Source: an uncultured Chloroflexia bacterium
GTDB lineage: Bacteria > Chloroflexota > Limnocylindria > Limnocylindrales > CSP1-4
Length of the DNA stretch: 64,000 nucleotides
Direction of reading: 5' to 3'
NCBI GenBank assembly: GCA_963708065.1
Contig: CAVPRZ010000004.1
Location: 326,036-390,035, forward strand
Shown here: piece by piece, positions 47,444 through 57,470 of the stretch
Numbering within the stretch: position 1 is the first letter of the stretch
Layout: each line of letters starts with the position of its first letter
Translations under genes and position numbers: made by a program
Notes under the pieces: model-generated
Seen by the model: only the letters and a program-made list of their open reading frames with translations
Databases searched by the model: none
Told to the model about the DNA's origin: nothing

Positions 47444-48592
47444 TCAGCTCCGGGCGGCGACGGCCGGCCGATCGAGCGCCATCAGCTGGTTCACGACGTT
47501 GACGATGTCCTGGCTGATCCGGGCGGAGGGCTCGGCCAGGACGAACGGCACGCCCTCGTTGTTCGACTGGACCACGAGCCGGCCGTCGGAGATCACCTGG
47601 TGCTCCGGGATCCGGCCGATCGCGGCGGCCAGGTCCTGCTCGGGGATCCCGCCCGACGAGTCGGCCCGGTTGACCAGGTAGCGGACCTTGGTCGGCGGGT
47701 AGCCGAGCGAGCGGAACGTGTCGGCCATGACCAGCGTGTTGTGGATGGTCGTCGAGTCGAACGTGACGATCTCGATGATCGTGTCGGCCGCGTCGAGCAA
47801 CGCGACCGTCCGCTCGTCGAGGCCGACCATCGTGTCGACGACGATGATGTCGTAGACCCGGCGCATGAGCGACAGGATCTTGTCGAGGTCGCGGACCGTG
47901 ATCATCTCGTGCTGCTCGACGCGCGGCGGGGCGAGCAGGATGTCGATCCCCGACGGGTCGCGCCAGAGCACGTCCGAGAGGTCGGTCTCGGCGATCCGGT
48001 CGGTCGGCAGGTCGACGATCGACGGGGCGGTCATCGGGACCTTGAGCAGCGCCCGCAGGTCGCCGAACTGGAGGCTGGCGTCGATGAGCGCCGTCCGCCG
48101 GCCGGCCTGGCTGAACGCGACGGCCAGGTTGAGCGCGACCGTCGTCGTCCCGACGCCGCCCTTGGGGGCGAACACGGTGATCATCCGCGCGTTGCCCGCC
48201 GCCTGGGTCTCCTGGAACGTGGCCTGGACGGCGTGGATCCGGCTGATCAGGTCGTAGCCCGAGAACGGCATCGACAGGACCGCGTGGATCCCCAGCTCCG
48301 GATCGGGCTCGATCGGCTTCTGGGGGACGGTCAGGGCGATCACCGGGACACCGGCCCGTGCGGCGTGGAGCTGGGCGATGAGCGTCGGCCCCTTGACCCG
48401 GCCCTGGAGGAGCGCGTCGACGATGACCACGTCGGGCCGGAGCTGGGCGATCTGCGACGCCACCTTCGAGCCGTCGGACATGACGTCGAGGAGCTTGATC
48501 TGCTGCTGCGAGTTCAGCAGGCTGCGGATGTACTGCCCGACCTGTGGGACATCCTCGACGACGAGCAGGCGGACCTGATCGGTGGCGGCCAT
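47444..48592 (-). CDS. Degenerate receiver-like domain fused to a TadZ/CpaE-type ParA/MinD-like ATPase (paralog of 21568-22743)
   Basis: Internal Met of ORF 47444..48871 (MAATDQVRLLVVEDVP...). The receiver-like fold lacks the conserved Lys (AVLSMPF). It is followed by VFAPKGGVGTTTVALNLA...IDASLQFGD...IVVDT. TATAGT lies 7 nt upstream of the ATG. Confidence 0.75.
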   Translation of the reverse strand: MAATDQVRLLVVEDVPQVGQYIRSLLNSQQQIKLLDVMSDGSKVASQIAQLRPDVVIVDALLQGRVKGPTLIAQLHAARAGVPVIALTVPQKPIEPDPELGIHAVLSMPFSGYDLISRIHAVQATFQETQAAGNARMITVFAPKGGVGTTTVALNLAVAFSQAGRRTALIDASLQFGDLRALLKVPMTAPSIVDLPTDRIAETDLSDVLWRDPSGIDILLAPPRVEQHEMITVRDLDKILSLMRRVYDIIVVDTMVGLDERTVALLDAADTIIEIVTFDSTTIHNTLVMADTFRSLGYPPTKVRYLVNRADSSGGIPEQDLAAAIGRIPEHQVISDGRLVVQSNNEGVPFVLAEPSARISQDIVNVVNQLMALDRPAVAARS

Positions 48593-48599
48593 CGGGCGG

Positions 48600-48605
48600 A
48601 CTATA
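48600..48605 (-). promoter_or_regulatory. -10 TATAGT 7 nt before the ATG of the second TadZ-like gene (leaderless)
   Basis: The minus strand reads cttggTATAGTccgcccgATG. A GTCGG/CCGAC hairpin lies just upstream. Confidence 0.45.
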
Positions 48606-48641
48606 CCAAGCCCACGTCGGCGGCCGACGGGTACCCGGAGG

Positions 48642-49622
48642 TCATAGCCCGACCGGCGGGACGAGGACGGCCAGCGCGCCCGGCCGCACGGTCGCCTCGA
48701 GCGGTCCTGAGCCGCGTCCGTCCCCATCGACCTGGCGCGGCTGGGGCGGGTCCGCGACGATCCGGATCCGCCGCCCTCGCGCCCGATACGCGGCCCCCGA
48801 AGGGCTGCCCCCGAGCTCGGTCCGGCCGAGTAGCTCGAGCGCGCCGCGGATGCCGCCCGGGAGGCTCGCAACCCGCAGGACGAGGAGGTCGAGGAGGCCG
48901 TCGTCCGGCACGATCGGCAGCCTCGGCCTGATGAGGCCGGGAACGAGCTCGCCCGCGTTGGCGACGAGGGCCACCGTGGCCTCGAGCTCGAGCCGCTCTC
49001 CGTCGACCTCGATCGTGTAGCCCACCGGCGCGAGGTCGCCGAGCAGTCCGAGTGCGGCGACCCAGTAGGCGAGCCGTCCCAGCCGCTGCTTGTGGGGACC
49101 GGCGGTGGCGGTCACGATCCGGGCGTCCCAGCCGACGCCCGCTGCGACCGCGAAGAGCGACTCGGACGCCATGCCGTCATCGTCGTCGGGCAGGATCGCC
49201 GCGCCCAGGTCGATGGACCGGCGGGTCCAGCCGCTCCGGAGCGCCCGGATCGCCCGGGCCGGGTCGTCGGGGATGCCCAGCGCGGTTGCCAGCACGTTCC
49301 CGGTGCCGCCGGGGATGATCGCCAGCGGGATCCCGCTGCCGGCCAGGTCCACCGTCAGCGCCGCGACCGTGCCGTCGCCGCCGAGGGCCACCACGAGGCC
49401 GGCCGACCTCCCGACGGCATCGGAACCGGCCGCGTCGATCGACGCCCGATCGTCGACCCGGACGACGATGGCCGGACGGCCGGTCACCGCTGCGACCCAG
49501 GCCTCGACGTCGGCGAGGAGCCGGGCCGAGCGTTTCTCGTCGCGCAGCCGCGACGCGAGCGGGTTGACGACGACGATCGCCGGTCCGGCGAGGGCTCCCG
49601 TGCCGGGCGGCCCGGAGGTCAT
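48642..49622 (-). CDS. Diacylglycerol/lipid kinase family protein (DAGK catalytic domain, YegS/BmrU-like)
   Basis: MTSGPPG...IVVVNPLASR...LVVALGGDGTVAAL...LAIIPGGTGNVLA is the tail of ORF 48642..50270. The ATG overlaps the upstream TGA (ATGA, 49619-49622). Confidence 0.8.
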   Translation of the reverse strand: MTSGPPGTGALAGPAIVVVNPLASRLRDEKRSARLLADVEAWVAAVTGRPAIVVRVDDRASIDAAGSDAVGRSAGLVVALGGDGTVAALTVDLAGSGIPLAIIPGGTGNVLATALGIPDDPARAIRALRSGWTRRSIDLGAAILPDDDDGMASESLFAVAAGVGWDARIVTATAGPHKQRLGRLAYWVAALGLLGDLAPVGYTIEVDGERLELEATVALVANAGELVPGLIRPRLPIVPDDGLLDLLVLRVASLPGGIRGALELLGRTELGGSPSGAAYRARGRRIRIVADPPQPRQVDGDGRGSGPLEATVRPGALAVLVPPVGL

Positions 49623-50419
49623 GGCCGTCTCGCCACGAGGACCGCCCTCGACGCGCCGGGTCCGAGCGGCTCGAGGTCGTACCCTCCCGCGATCGTCTCG
49701 ATGACGAGCCCGGCGGCCTCGGCGAACCCGCCCAGCTCGTCCGCGCCGACGAGCCGGATCCGGTCCGTCCGGACCCAGCGGATCGGTGCCTCGCCCGGAC
49801 CCGCCTCGTCGAAGATCGTGGTCAGGCTCACCGTCTGGGTGGCGGCGTCGTGGAGCGCCGCGCCGGTCTTGACGACGATCCGGCCGCTCTCCGGATCCGT
49901 CCGGGTGTACTCGAGGAAGATGCGACCGTCGTAGCGGGCGAGGTCGTCGGCGTCGGGCAGCCAGACGTCGACGACGGCGATGCCCTCCGGCTCGAGGTGC
50001 TCGGCCAGCGTCCCGACCGCGGCCGCCTGGGCCGCCCGGTCGCCCAGCAGCAGAAGCGAGTTCAGGGCGATGAACGCAAGCCTGAACCGCTGCTCGAGGC
50101 GGACGGTCCGGGCATCGCCCTCGATCAGCGTCAGCCGGTCCTCGACCTCCTGACCCGCCGCCGCTGCCCGCCGCCGGGCCCGGTCGAGCATTGCGAGGTC
50201 GATGTCGACCCCGCTGACCGGCCAGCCGGTCTCGGCAAGCGGCACCGCCAGCCGGCCCGAGCCGACGCACAGCTCGAGGATCGGGCCGTGCGCCCGGCCG
50301 GCCAGCGCCAGGTACAGGTCCAGGTCGCCCGGGTCCTCGACCAGGTCGACGTCGTACAGCCGGGCCAGCGCATGCGACGCGGCCGCCGGCACACCGGACG
50401 TCGCCTGCCGGTCGGTCAC
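49619..50419 (-). CDS. Class I SAM-dependent methyltransferase
   Basis: From the GTG at 50419: VTDRQATSG...ILELCVGSGRLAVPLAETGWPVSGVDID...LIEGDAR...FIALNSL (motifs I to III). This is the tail of ORF 49619..50638. Confidence 0.75.
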   Translation of the reverse strand: MTDRQATSGVPAAASHALARLYDVDLVEDPGDLDLYLALAGRAHGPILELCVGSGRLAVPLAETGWPVSGVDIDLAMLDRARRRAAAAGQEVEDRLTLIEGDARTVRLEQRFRLAFIALNSLLLLGDRAAQAAAVGTLAEHLEPEGIAVVDVWLPDADDLARYDGRIFLEYTRTDPESGRIVVKTGAALHDAATQTVSLTTIFDEAGPGEAPIRWVRTDRIRLVGADELGGFAEAAGLVIETIAGGYDLEPLGPGASRAVLVARRP

Positions 50420-50432
50420 GCCACCGTCGCCG

Positions 50433-51491
50433 TCAGGGCTCGAACCGGACGCGGCCGCCGGCCTGCTTGCGCGCGGCGAGGGCACTGATCGCCTCGAGCG
50501 CGGCTCGGTTGGCGGCCATCGCGGTCGTCTCGGCGTGGTCGTACGGCGGCGAGACCTCGACGATGTCCATCCCGCACAGGTCGACCGCGCCGACGATCTG
50601 GCGGATCGCCCGGAGGACCTCGCGGGTGAGCATGCCACCCGGTTCCGGCGTCCCCGTGCCGGGGGCCATGCCGGGATCGATCACGTCGATGTCGAGGCTG
50701 AGGTAGATCGCATCGGGACCGTCGAGCGCCTCCGCGATCGCGTCGGCGATGACCGCCTCGGCGCCGCGCTCCTCGATCTCGGTCATGAAGTGGTAGCGCA
50801 GCCCGTGCTCCTGCATCCACTCGAACACATCCATCGGCGGCCAGTAGCCGCGCAGCCCGACCTGGACGAAGTTGCGGCCGTCGACGGCCCCGGACTCGAT
50901 GAGCCGGCGCATCGGCGTCCCGTGCCCGGCCAGGACGCCCCAGTCCTCGTTCGCGGTGTCGGCGTGGGCGTCGAAGTGGACGATGCCGATCGTGCCCGGC
51001 CGGCGGACCTCGGCCACCGCCGTCGCGGAGGGCCAGGTGATCGAGTGGTCGCCACCGAGGACGATCGGGATCGCGCCGGTCTCGGCCACCTCGCGGACCT
51101 TCCGGTAGATCAGGGCGTGCGCCCGGTCGATCCAGGCCGGGACGATGTTCGCGTCGCCGGCGTCGACGACGTCGAGGACCTCGAACGGCTCGTTGCCGAG
51201 CTGGAGCGAGTGGATCGAGCCCGACGTGTACTGGGCCTCACGGATCGCCCGTGGGCCGAACCGCGCGCCCGGCCGGTGGCTGACCGCGTCGTCGAACGGC
51301 GCTCCGACGATCGCGACGTCCGTGCGCCGCCGGCGGAGCTCGGCCGGGTCGGTGATCCAGGGCAGCTTCATGAACGTCGTCGGCCCGACGTAGGTCGGCA
51401 GGTCGAAGTCGCTGAAGACCTCGTACTCGCGGTCCCAGCCGTTCAGGGCGGCGAAGTCGGTCGGACCGTGGGGATCGTGGCGCTCGGACAT
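50433..51491 (-). CDS. Agmatinase/ureohydrolase family enzyme (SpeB-like; exact guanidino substrate not determinable)
   Basis: Intact 352-aa ORF with the Mn-binding motifs LGGDHSIT, HFDAHADT, SLDIDVIDP and the EVSP region. Confidence 0.85.
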   Translation of the reverse strand: MSERHDPHGPTDFAALNGWDREYEVFSDFDLPTYVGPTTFMKLPWITDPAELRRRRTDVAIVGAPFDDAVSHRPGARFGPRAIREAQYTSGSIHSLQLGNEPFEVLDVVDAGDANIVPAWIDRAHALIYRKVREVAETGAIPIVLGGDHSITWPSATAVAEVRRPGTIGIVHFDAHADTANEDWGVLAGHGTPMRRLIESGAVDGRNFVQVGLRGYWPPMDVFEWMQEHGLRYHFMTEIEERGAEAVIADAIAEALDGPDAIYLSLDIDVIDPGMAPGTGTPEPGGMLTREVLRAIRQIVGAVDLCGMDIVEVSPPYDHAETTAMAANRAALEAISALAARKQAGGRVRFEP

Positions 51492-51653
51492 CGAGGTCCT
51501 CCGGGAGACGGGGCCGGCGTCGAGGGAGCGTGGCCGGTCGGGTCGTTCCGTCCCTGGGGGCGCCGCCGGTTCGCATCCAGCGTCCAGCGGGGCGCGCCGT
51601 CGGCGATGGTAGCACCCGCTGCGCGGCCCTCCCTCGGGTCGGTCGGCTTCCGG

Positions 51654-52874
51654 TCAGGCCTCCCCACGGAACTCGGCCCAGGCGGCCTCGACGAGCGCCG
51701 GGATCGACGAACAGCTCGTACGCCGTCTGGGCGACGACCGTCGCCGCGAGCAGGGTGACCTCGTCGGCGCGCGGCGACGCGGCGGCGTCGCGGAACTCGA
51801 TCGAGTGGCCGGGCACGCCCTCCGCGCAGATCGCGATCGACGGATGGATCGTCGGGATGACCTGGCTGACGTTGCCCATGTCGCTGCTGCCGAGGTTGCC
51901 GGTCGGCGGCTCGTCGTCGACGCCGTAGGCGGACATGTTCGCCGCGAACCGGCCGTCGAGGGTCCGGTTGTGCTTCATCGTCGAGGACCCGCCCTCGAAG
52001 GAGACCTCGACCGTGCACCCGGTCGCCGCGGCGGACGCCTCGCACATCTCGCGGAACCGCTCGCGCATCAGGGCGTACTCCTCCTCGCGCGGCGAGCGGA
52101 CCATGAACCAGGCCTTCGTCCGGCTCGGGGATGATGTTGGCCGCCGTCCCGCCCTCCTGGATGATCCCGTGGACGCGCCCGTCCGGGCGGAGCTGCTGGC
52201 GCCACAGGCCGACCGCGTCGAACAGGAGGATGAGCGCGTCGAGCGCGTTCCTGCCCATCCACGGCTCCGAGGCCGCGTGCGCCTGGCGGCCGTGGAACGT
52301 GACGTAGATGTCCTCGCTGGCGAGCAGCCGGCACTCGACGCCGGTGACGTCCGACGGGTGGAACAGGAGCGCGGCGTCGAGGCCTTCGAACAGGCCGTCG
52401 CGGATCATGATCCCCTTGCCCGAGCCGCGCTCCTCGGCCGGCGTCCCGAGGAAGACGATCTCGCCGGGCAGCTCGGGCGCGACCGCGGCCAGGGCGATCG
52501 CGGCGCCGACCCCCGAGGCGGCCATCGTGTTGTGGCCGCAGCCGTGCCCGAGACCCGGCAGCGCGTCGTACTCGGCGAGGATCCCGACCCGCGGGCGATC
52601 CCCTCCTCGTCCGCCGCGGAGGACGCCCCGGACGGCCGTCGCCAGGCTGCCGACCGGGTGGTCCACCGCGTAGCCATGCCGGCGAACTGCCTCGGCCACC
52701 CAGGCCGCCGCCTGGCGTCTCCTCGAATGCGGGCTCCGGGTTGGCGTGGATCCGGTGCGACAGCTCGAGGATCTCGGCCCGATGGGCCTCGACGGCGGCG
52801 GCGATCCGGCGCTTCGCGTCGGCGAACGGGCCGGCGGGGGTGGTGGCGGTGAAGTCGAAGGTCTCGACGGTCAC
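51654..52874 (-). CDS. M20D-family amidohydrolase, three frame breaks (near 52715, 52115 and 51700)
   Basis: GTG at 52874 with AAGGAG 5 nt upstream. LELSHRIHANPEPAFEE is followed by AEAVRRHGYAV...ILAEYDALPGLGHGCGHN...GTPAEERGSGK...HAASEPWMGRNALDA...GGTAANIIPE. That is followed by FMVRSPREEEY...TIHPSIAI...GHSIEF, and the end is restored as ALVEAAWAEFRGEA. Confidence 0.8.
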
Positions 52875-52902
52875 GGGTGCTCCTTGCGATCGGCTGGGGG
52901 TG

Positions 52903-53277
52903 TCAGCGCTCGGCGGACAGGGTCGCCTCGGCGACCGAGACGATGACGACGACGAAGAGGGCGATCGGCAGGCTGAACGCGCCCTGGAGGCGGAGGACGA
53001 TGAAGACGCTGACCACGATCGCCACCCAGGCGCCGCGGCGGACGGCCCGCAGCCACTCGCCACGATAGGCGATCCGGCCGTGACGGCCGAAGACGACCAG
53101 CCAGAACAGGGGGACGCAGGTCAGCCCGACGGCGGCGCCCATCAGCCCGGCCCCGAGGAGCCCGGCGGCCGGGTCGGCGCGCGGGTCGCGGGTGGTCACG
53201 ACGATGCCGACCAGGATCCAGGCGACGGCGGCCAGTCCGAACAGGGCCAGGTTGGTCATCCGGTCGCGGGGATCCAT
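52903..53277 (-). CDS. Small hypothetical 4-TM membrane protein
   Basis: Intact 124-aa ORF with LALFGLAAVAWILVGIVV, GLLGAGLMGAAVGLTCVPLFWLVVF, GAWVAIVVSVFIVL and LPIALFVVVIVSV. TAGACT lies 8 nt upstream of the ATG. Confidence 0.55.
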   Translation of the reverse strand: MDPRDRMTNLALFGLAAVAWILVGIVVTTRDPRADPAAGLLGAGLMGAAVGLTCVPLFWLVVFGRHGRIAYRGEWLRAVRRGAWVAIVVSVFIVLRLQGAFSLPIALFVVVIVSVAEATLSAER

Positions 53278-53331
53278 CGCGCTGGAGTCTAGCCGTCAGT
53301 CCCGTGACCGTGGGCGCCGGTGGTCCACCGA

Positions 53332-53353
53332 CCGCTTGCGACGGGTCAAGCGG
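53332..53353 (-). terminator. 7-bp hairpin just downstream of the HAD hydrolase stop
   Basis: ccgcttg cgacgggt caagcgg. It lies between the HAD stop (53360) and the promoter-like TAGACT at 53286-53291. Confidence 0.4.
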
Positions 53354-53359
53354 GGCGAT

Positions 53360-54174
53360 TCAACGGAGCGTCGCGAGCGCGGCCTCCAGGTCGGCCAGCC
53401 GGTCGAGGACGAGGTCGGGCTCGTGGTCGCCGGTCGGCTCGCTGACCGGGCAGCGGCGAGTCGTCCGGCCGGCTCGCGGAGCCAGGCGACGCGCCAGCCG
53501 GCCCGCCTCGCTCCGACGACATCCGCCGCCCAGTCGTCGCCGACGTGGAGGATCCGCGCGGGCGGGGTGCCGAGCGCGGCCTCGGCCGCCCGGAAGATGC
53601 CTCGGGTCGGGCTTGATCGGCACCGACCCGCTGCGAGACGACGATCGCGCTCAGATGCGTCGGCCCAGCCGGCCGCCTCGACGTAGCGGTCGATCGTGAT
53701 CGCGAGCGGCCAGTTCGAGCAGATCCCGAGGACGTAGCGCGCCGGCGAGCCGGGCGAGCAGCGGCCCGATCTCCGGCGGAGGGCGGGATGCGCGCCACGA
53801 AGGCCGCGCTGTAGTCGTCGAGGGCCGCCTCGACCTCGTCGCGCGAGCTCAACCGGGCCGCCGCGGCGTCGTCCCAGCGGCGCCTGGCGGCCGGCGGCGC
53901 CATCCCGCGCATCCGGGCCAGGACCCGGACGACGCGCGCCTCGAGGTCGACCTCGCGCATCCTGGGCACCTCCTCGGCGAACTGGCGCTCGCGCTCGTCC
54001 GCCCAGGCTGCCCCGAACGCGCCCTCGTCGAACGGGCCCGAGCGGCGGACGACCTGCACGGTCATCGACCGGACGACCGCCGCGAGGTCGTCGCCGCCCG
54101 ACCGGGACCAGGGTGTTGCCGAAGTCGAAGGTCACGGCGCGGACGGGCGCCCGGTCGGGCGCTCCCGGGGTCAC
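53360..54174 (-). CDS. HAD-superfamily hydrolase, heavily frame-broken (about 8 breaks)
   Basis: The GTG at 54174 overlaps the upstream TGA. Motif I is VRAVTFDFGNTLV. Later segments found in three frames: MTVQVVRRSGPFDEGAF..., RYVLGICSNWPLAITIDRYVEAAGWAD, HLSAIVVSQRVG, KPDPR, IFRAAEAALGTPPARILHVGDDWAADVVGARRAGW and EPDLVLDRLADLEAALATLR. Confidence 0.6.
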
Positions 54175-57100
54175 CGGACCGCGCTCGCCGGGCAGATGTC
54201 GCGGTACGGGCAGTAGGTGCAGGCCAGCACGTCCGGCGTCGGGTCGAAGGCCCGCGCCCGGATCCCGGCGGCCGCGACGGCGATCCGCTCGCGGCCCGCG
54301 GCCAGCCGCCGCTCGTCGACCGTCGCCCGGCCGACGATCCCGGTCTCGAGGAAGTGGAGCTGGACGGCGTCCGGCAGGCGCCCGGTCATCGCCTCGTAGC
54401 CCATCGCGTAGATCGTCAGCTGGAGGGAGTCCCGCGCCCGCTGGCGCGCCTTGGCCGGGTCGCGGACGTCGCTCGACTTGTAGTCGGTGATCGTGACCCG
54501 CTCGGGGGGCAGGAGCGGGAGCGTCGGCTCGACCGTGTCGGCGGACGCCCGGCCGGCAGCGCCCCGGCTCCGGACCTCCCGTGGCCGGCTCGGCCGTCGC
54601 CTCGACCGGCTCGATGTCGACCCGGTCCCAGCGCCCGCGGATCCGGTCGCCGGCGAGGGTGAAGGCGAAGTCGCGCTCGACGTAGGCGGGGATGACCGCG
54701 CCCGGCCGGAGCTGCTCGTCGCGGAAGCGGGCGCAGCGCGGCGCGTCCGGCGTCGAGCCGGGCCTCCTCGTGCTCGCGGGTGAGGAAGCCCTCGCTCGTC
54801 CAGGCGGCCTCGAAGGCGGCCTCGAGCTCGGCCTCGGCTCATCGATCTCGCCGCGGGCCTGCCGGCGGTGGAACTCCTGGACGGCCCGATGGAGGGCCGC
54901 GCCGTAGACGATCGAGTGATGTGGCGCGACCGGGACCCGCACGACGTGCGCGTAGCGGTACTTGAGCGGACAGGTCAGGTAGTCGTCGACCTGGCTAGAA
55001 GCTGAGCGAGAGCGGCTCGCCGGCGGGGCGCACCGCCGGCTCGGCCGGCCGGCCGGGTGCCGCGTGTGCCGCGATCCGCTCGGCCGGGGCCGTGACCGGC
55101 GCCGGCCTGGCCACGTCGGCCAGGGGCACGTCGAGCGCCTCGAGGACGAACGGCGAGACCCGTCGCGCCCGGCGCCCGCCGTAGTCGGCGGCGTGGCTCA
55201 GGAGCAGCTCGTCGCGCGCCCGGGTCATCCCGACGTAGAACAGGCGGCGCTCCTCGCGCAGGTGGGCGTCGCCCTCGACCGGCGGGCCCGCGAGGAGCGC
55301 GGCCGGGATCGCCAGCGGGTCGCGCCGGCCGGCGGCCGGGAACCGCCCGTCGACCAGGCCGACGAGGAACACGATCGGGAACTCGAGGCCCTTCGCCTTG
55401 TGGACGGTCATGACGGCGACCGCGTCGGAGCTCGCGTCGAGCTCGGCGGTCGGCGGATCGTCGCCCGCCTCGATGAGCGTCTGGAGGTGCCCGACCACGA
55501 ACGACGGCCCGGTCGTCGGCCAGCAGGGCCGACTGGGCACGGACGATGTCGAAGAACCGGGCGACGTTCTGGAGCGCCTCCTCGGCCGCCGGTCCCTCGG
55601 TCGACGCGAGGCGCGCCAGGGTCCCCGACTCCTTGAGGAAGGCGTAGAGGACCTCGCCCGCCGGCCGCTCATGGGCGAGCCGGACGTAGCGCCGCAGGTC
55701 GGCCACGAACCGGCCGACCGCGGTCGCGGGTCCGGGGCGCCAGCCGGAGGATGCCGGGCTGGCGGTCGACCTCCTCGAGCACCTCCCAGACCGACCGGTT
55801 CCGGCGCCGGGCGCTGGCCACGATCTGGGTCAGGTCCTCGCCCTCGAGACCGTAGACCTCCGAGGCCGCGAGGGCGTACACGTCGACGCTCGAGCCGAGG
55901 TCGGCGACGGCGCGCAGGAAGGCGAGCAGGAGCCGGACCTCGGGCCGCGCATAGAGGCCCGAGGTCCCGGAGAACCGCCACGGGATGCCGGCCAGGTTGA
56001 GGCCGCGGAGGATCGCGTCGGCCTCGGCGTTCGACCGGACGAGGACCGCGTGGTCGCCGCGGCGCGGCGCCGCGGGCGATCCGCCCGGCGATCTCGCGGG
56101 CCACCCAGTCGGCCTCCTCCGCCCCGGTGGCGAAGGCCTCGTGCCGGACGGCGGGCCGGCGCCGACCCGGCCGGCGGCTCGGGACGCTGACGGCCCGAAG
56201 TCGCTTGTCGATCCCCGCCCGGACCTCGAGCCGGTCCGGGTCGTTGTAGCCGGATGAGCCGATGGCTCGCCTCGAGGATCCCGGCCCGCGAGCGGTAGTT
56301 CCGGCGCAGGACGACCACCTTCGGGCGCCCGGACCGCTCGCGGAACTCGACGATGTTGCTCATCGCCGCGCCGCGGAACCGGTAGATCGACTGGTCGTCG
56401 TCGCCGACGACGGTCACGTTGCGGTGCGGCGCGGCGAGCAGCTCGACGAGCTCGGCCTGGGCCCGGTTCGTGTCCTGGAACTCGTCGACGAGGATGTACC
56501 GGAAGCGGCGCCGGATCTCGTCCCGGGCGGCCGGCGAGCGCGCGCAGGAGACGGAGGGCGAGCGCGACCTGGTCGCCGAAGTCGATGAACCCCTCGGCCG
56601 CGAGGAGCTCCTGGTAGCGGGCGTACGCGCGCGCCAGCTCGAGCTGGCGGCCGGCCGCCTCGACGGCCACCGCGGCGGCCTCTCGGCATCGTCGGCCGCG
56701 TCGCCCTCGGCCAGCTCGGCCAGCAGCTCCGCGGCCGCCGACCTCGCGGTCGGCTTCCGCGAGGTAGTCGGCCGGATCGATGTCCTCGTCCTTGAGCCGG
56801 CTGAAGTGGGTGGCCAGGGCGCCGAGGAAGCGGGTCGGGTCGCCGAGCGGCCGGTAGCGCGTCGAGCTCGAAGTCGAAGAGGTGCTCGCGCAGGAAGATC
56901 ACCACCTCCGGCCGCGACAGGACCCGGACGTCGGGCGCGCAGCCCGAGCTCGAGCGCGTATTCGCGGATGAGCCGGTCCCCGAACGCGTGGAACGTCGCG
57001 ATCGCCGTGTCGGTGTAGCCGTACGGGACGAGCTGGTCGACCCGGCCCTGCATCTCGGCGGCGGCCTTGTCCGTGAACGTCAGGGCCAGGATCTCCGACG

Positions 57101-57419
57101 GCCGGGCCCGGTGGGTCGCGATGAGCCAGGCGATCCGGCGGGTGACCACCTGGGTCTTGCCGGTCCCGGCGCCGGCGACGACGAGGAGCGGTCCCTCGCC
57201 GTGGGTCACCGCCCGGCGCTGCTCGATGTTGAGCCCCTCGAGGAGCGCGTCGCCGTCGGCCGAGGCGGCGTCCGGAGTGCCCGGCCAGGCCGCCCGTGCG
57301 GCCAGCTCCGTCCAGACCGGGATCTGCTCCGGCGGACGCGACCGGCGGCGCCCGACGGCCCGGGTCACGGGCCGACGACGAGCGGGCGACGGGTCGGCGG
57401 TCCGACCGGCAGGGGGCAT
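54171..57419 (-). CDS. UvrD/PcrA-like superfamily-1 helicase fused to a C-terminal PD-(D/E)XK (RecB/Cas4-like, Cys-cluster) nuclease; more than 10 frame breaks
   Basis: LNIEQRRAVTHGEGPLLVVAGAGTGKTQVVTRRIAWL, ILALTFTDKAA, RYILVDEFQDTN, VTVVGDDDQSIYRFRGA, VVLRRNYRS, AVLVRSN, VMTVHKAKGLEFPIVFL and LFYVGMTRARDEL. These are followed by YLTCPLKYRY, VTITDYKS, LQLTIYA and CTYCPYRDICP. They are spread over ORFs 55830..57419, 56414..56905, 55669..56670, 54995..56104, 54975..55706, 53296..54942 and 54171..54842. Confidence 0.8.
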
Positions 57420-57470
57420 GGCCCGAGGATCGCGCCCCGCCGTGACAGCTCGCCCGTCACGAGGGAGAGG

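Noticed and set aside
51492-51653. Guanidine (ykkC, mini-ykkC or ykkC-III) riboswitch upstream of the agmatinase-like gene.
   Set aside because: I could not find the paired ACGR-loop hairpins of guanidine-II or the conserved cores of guanidine-I or -III by eye. It is reported only as a long leader that needs an Rfam scan.
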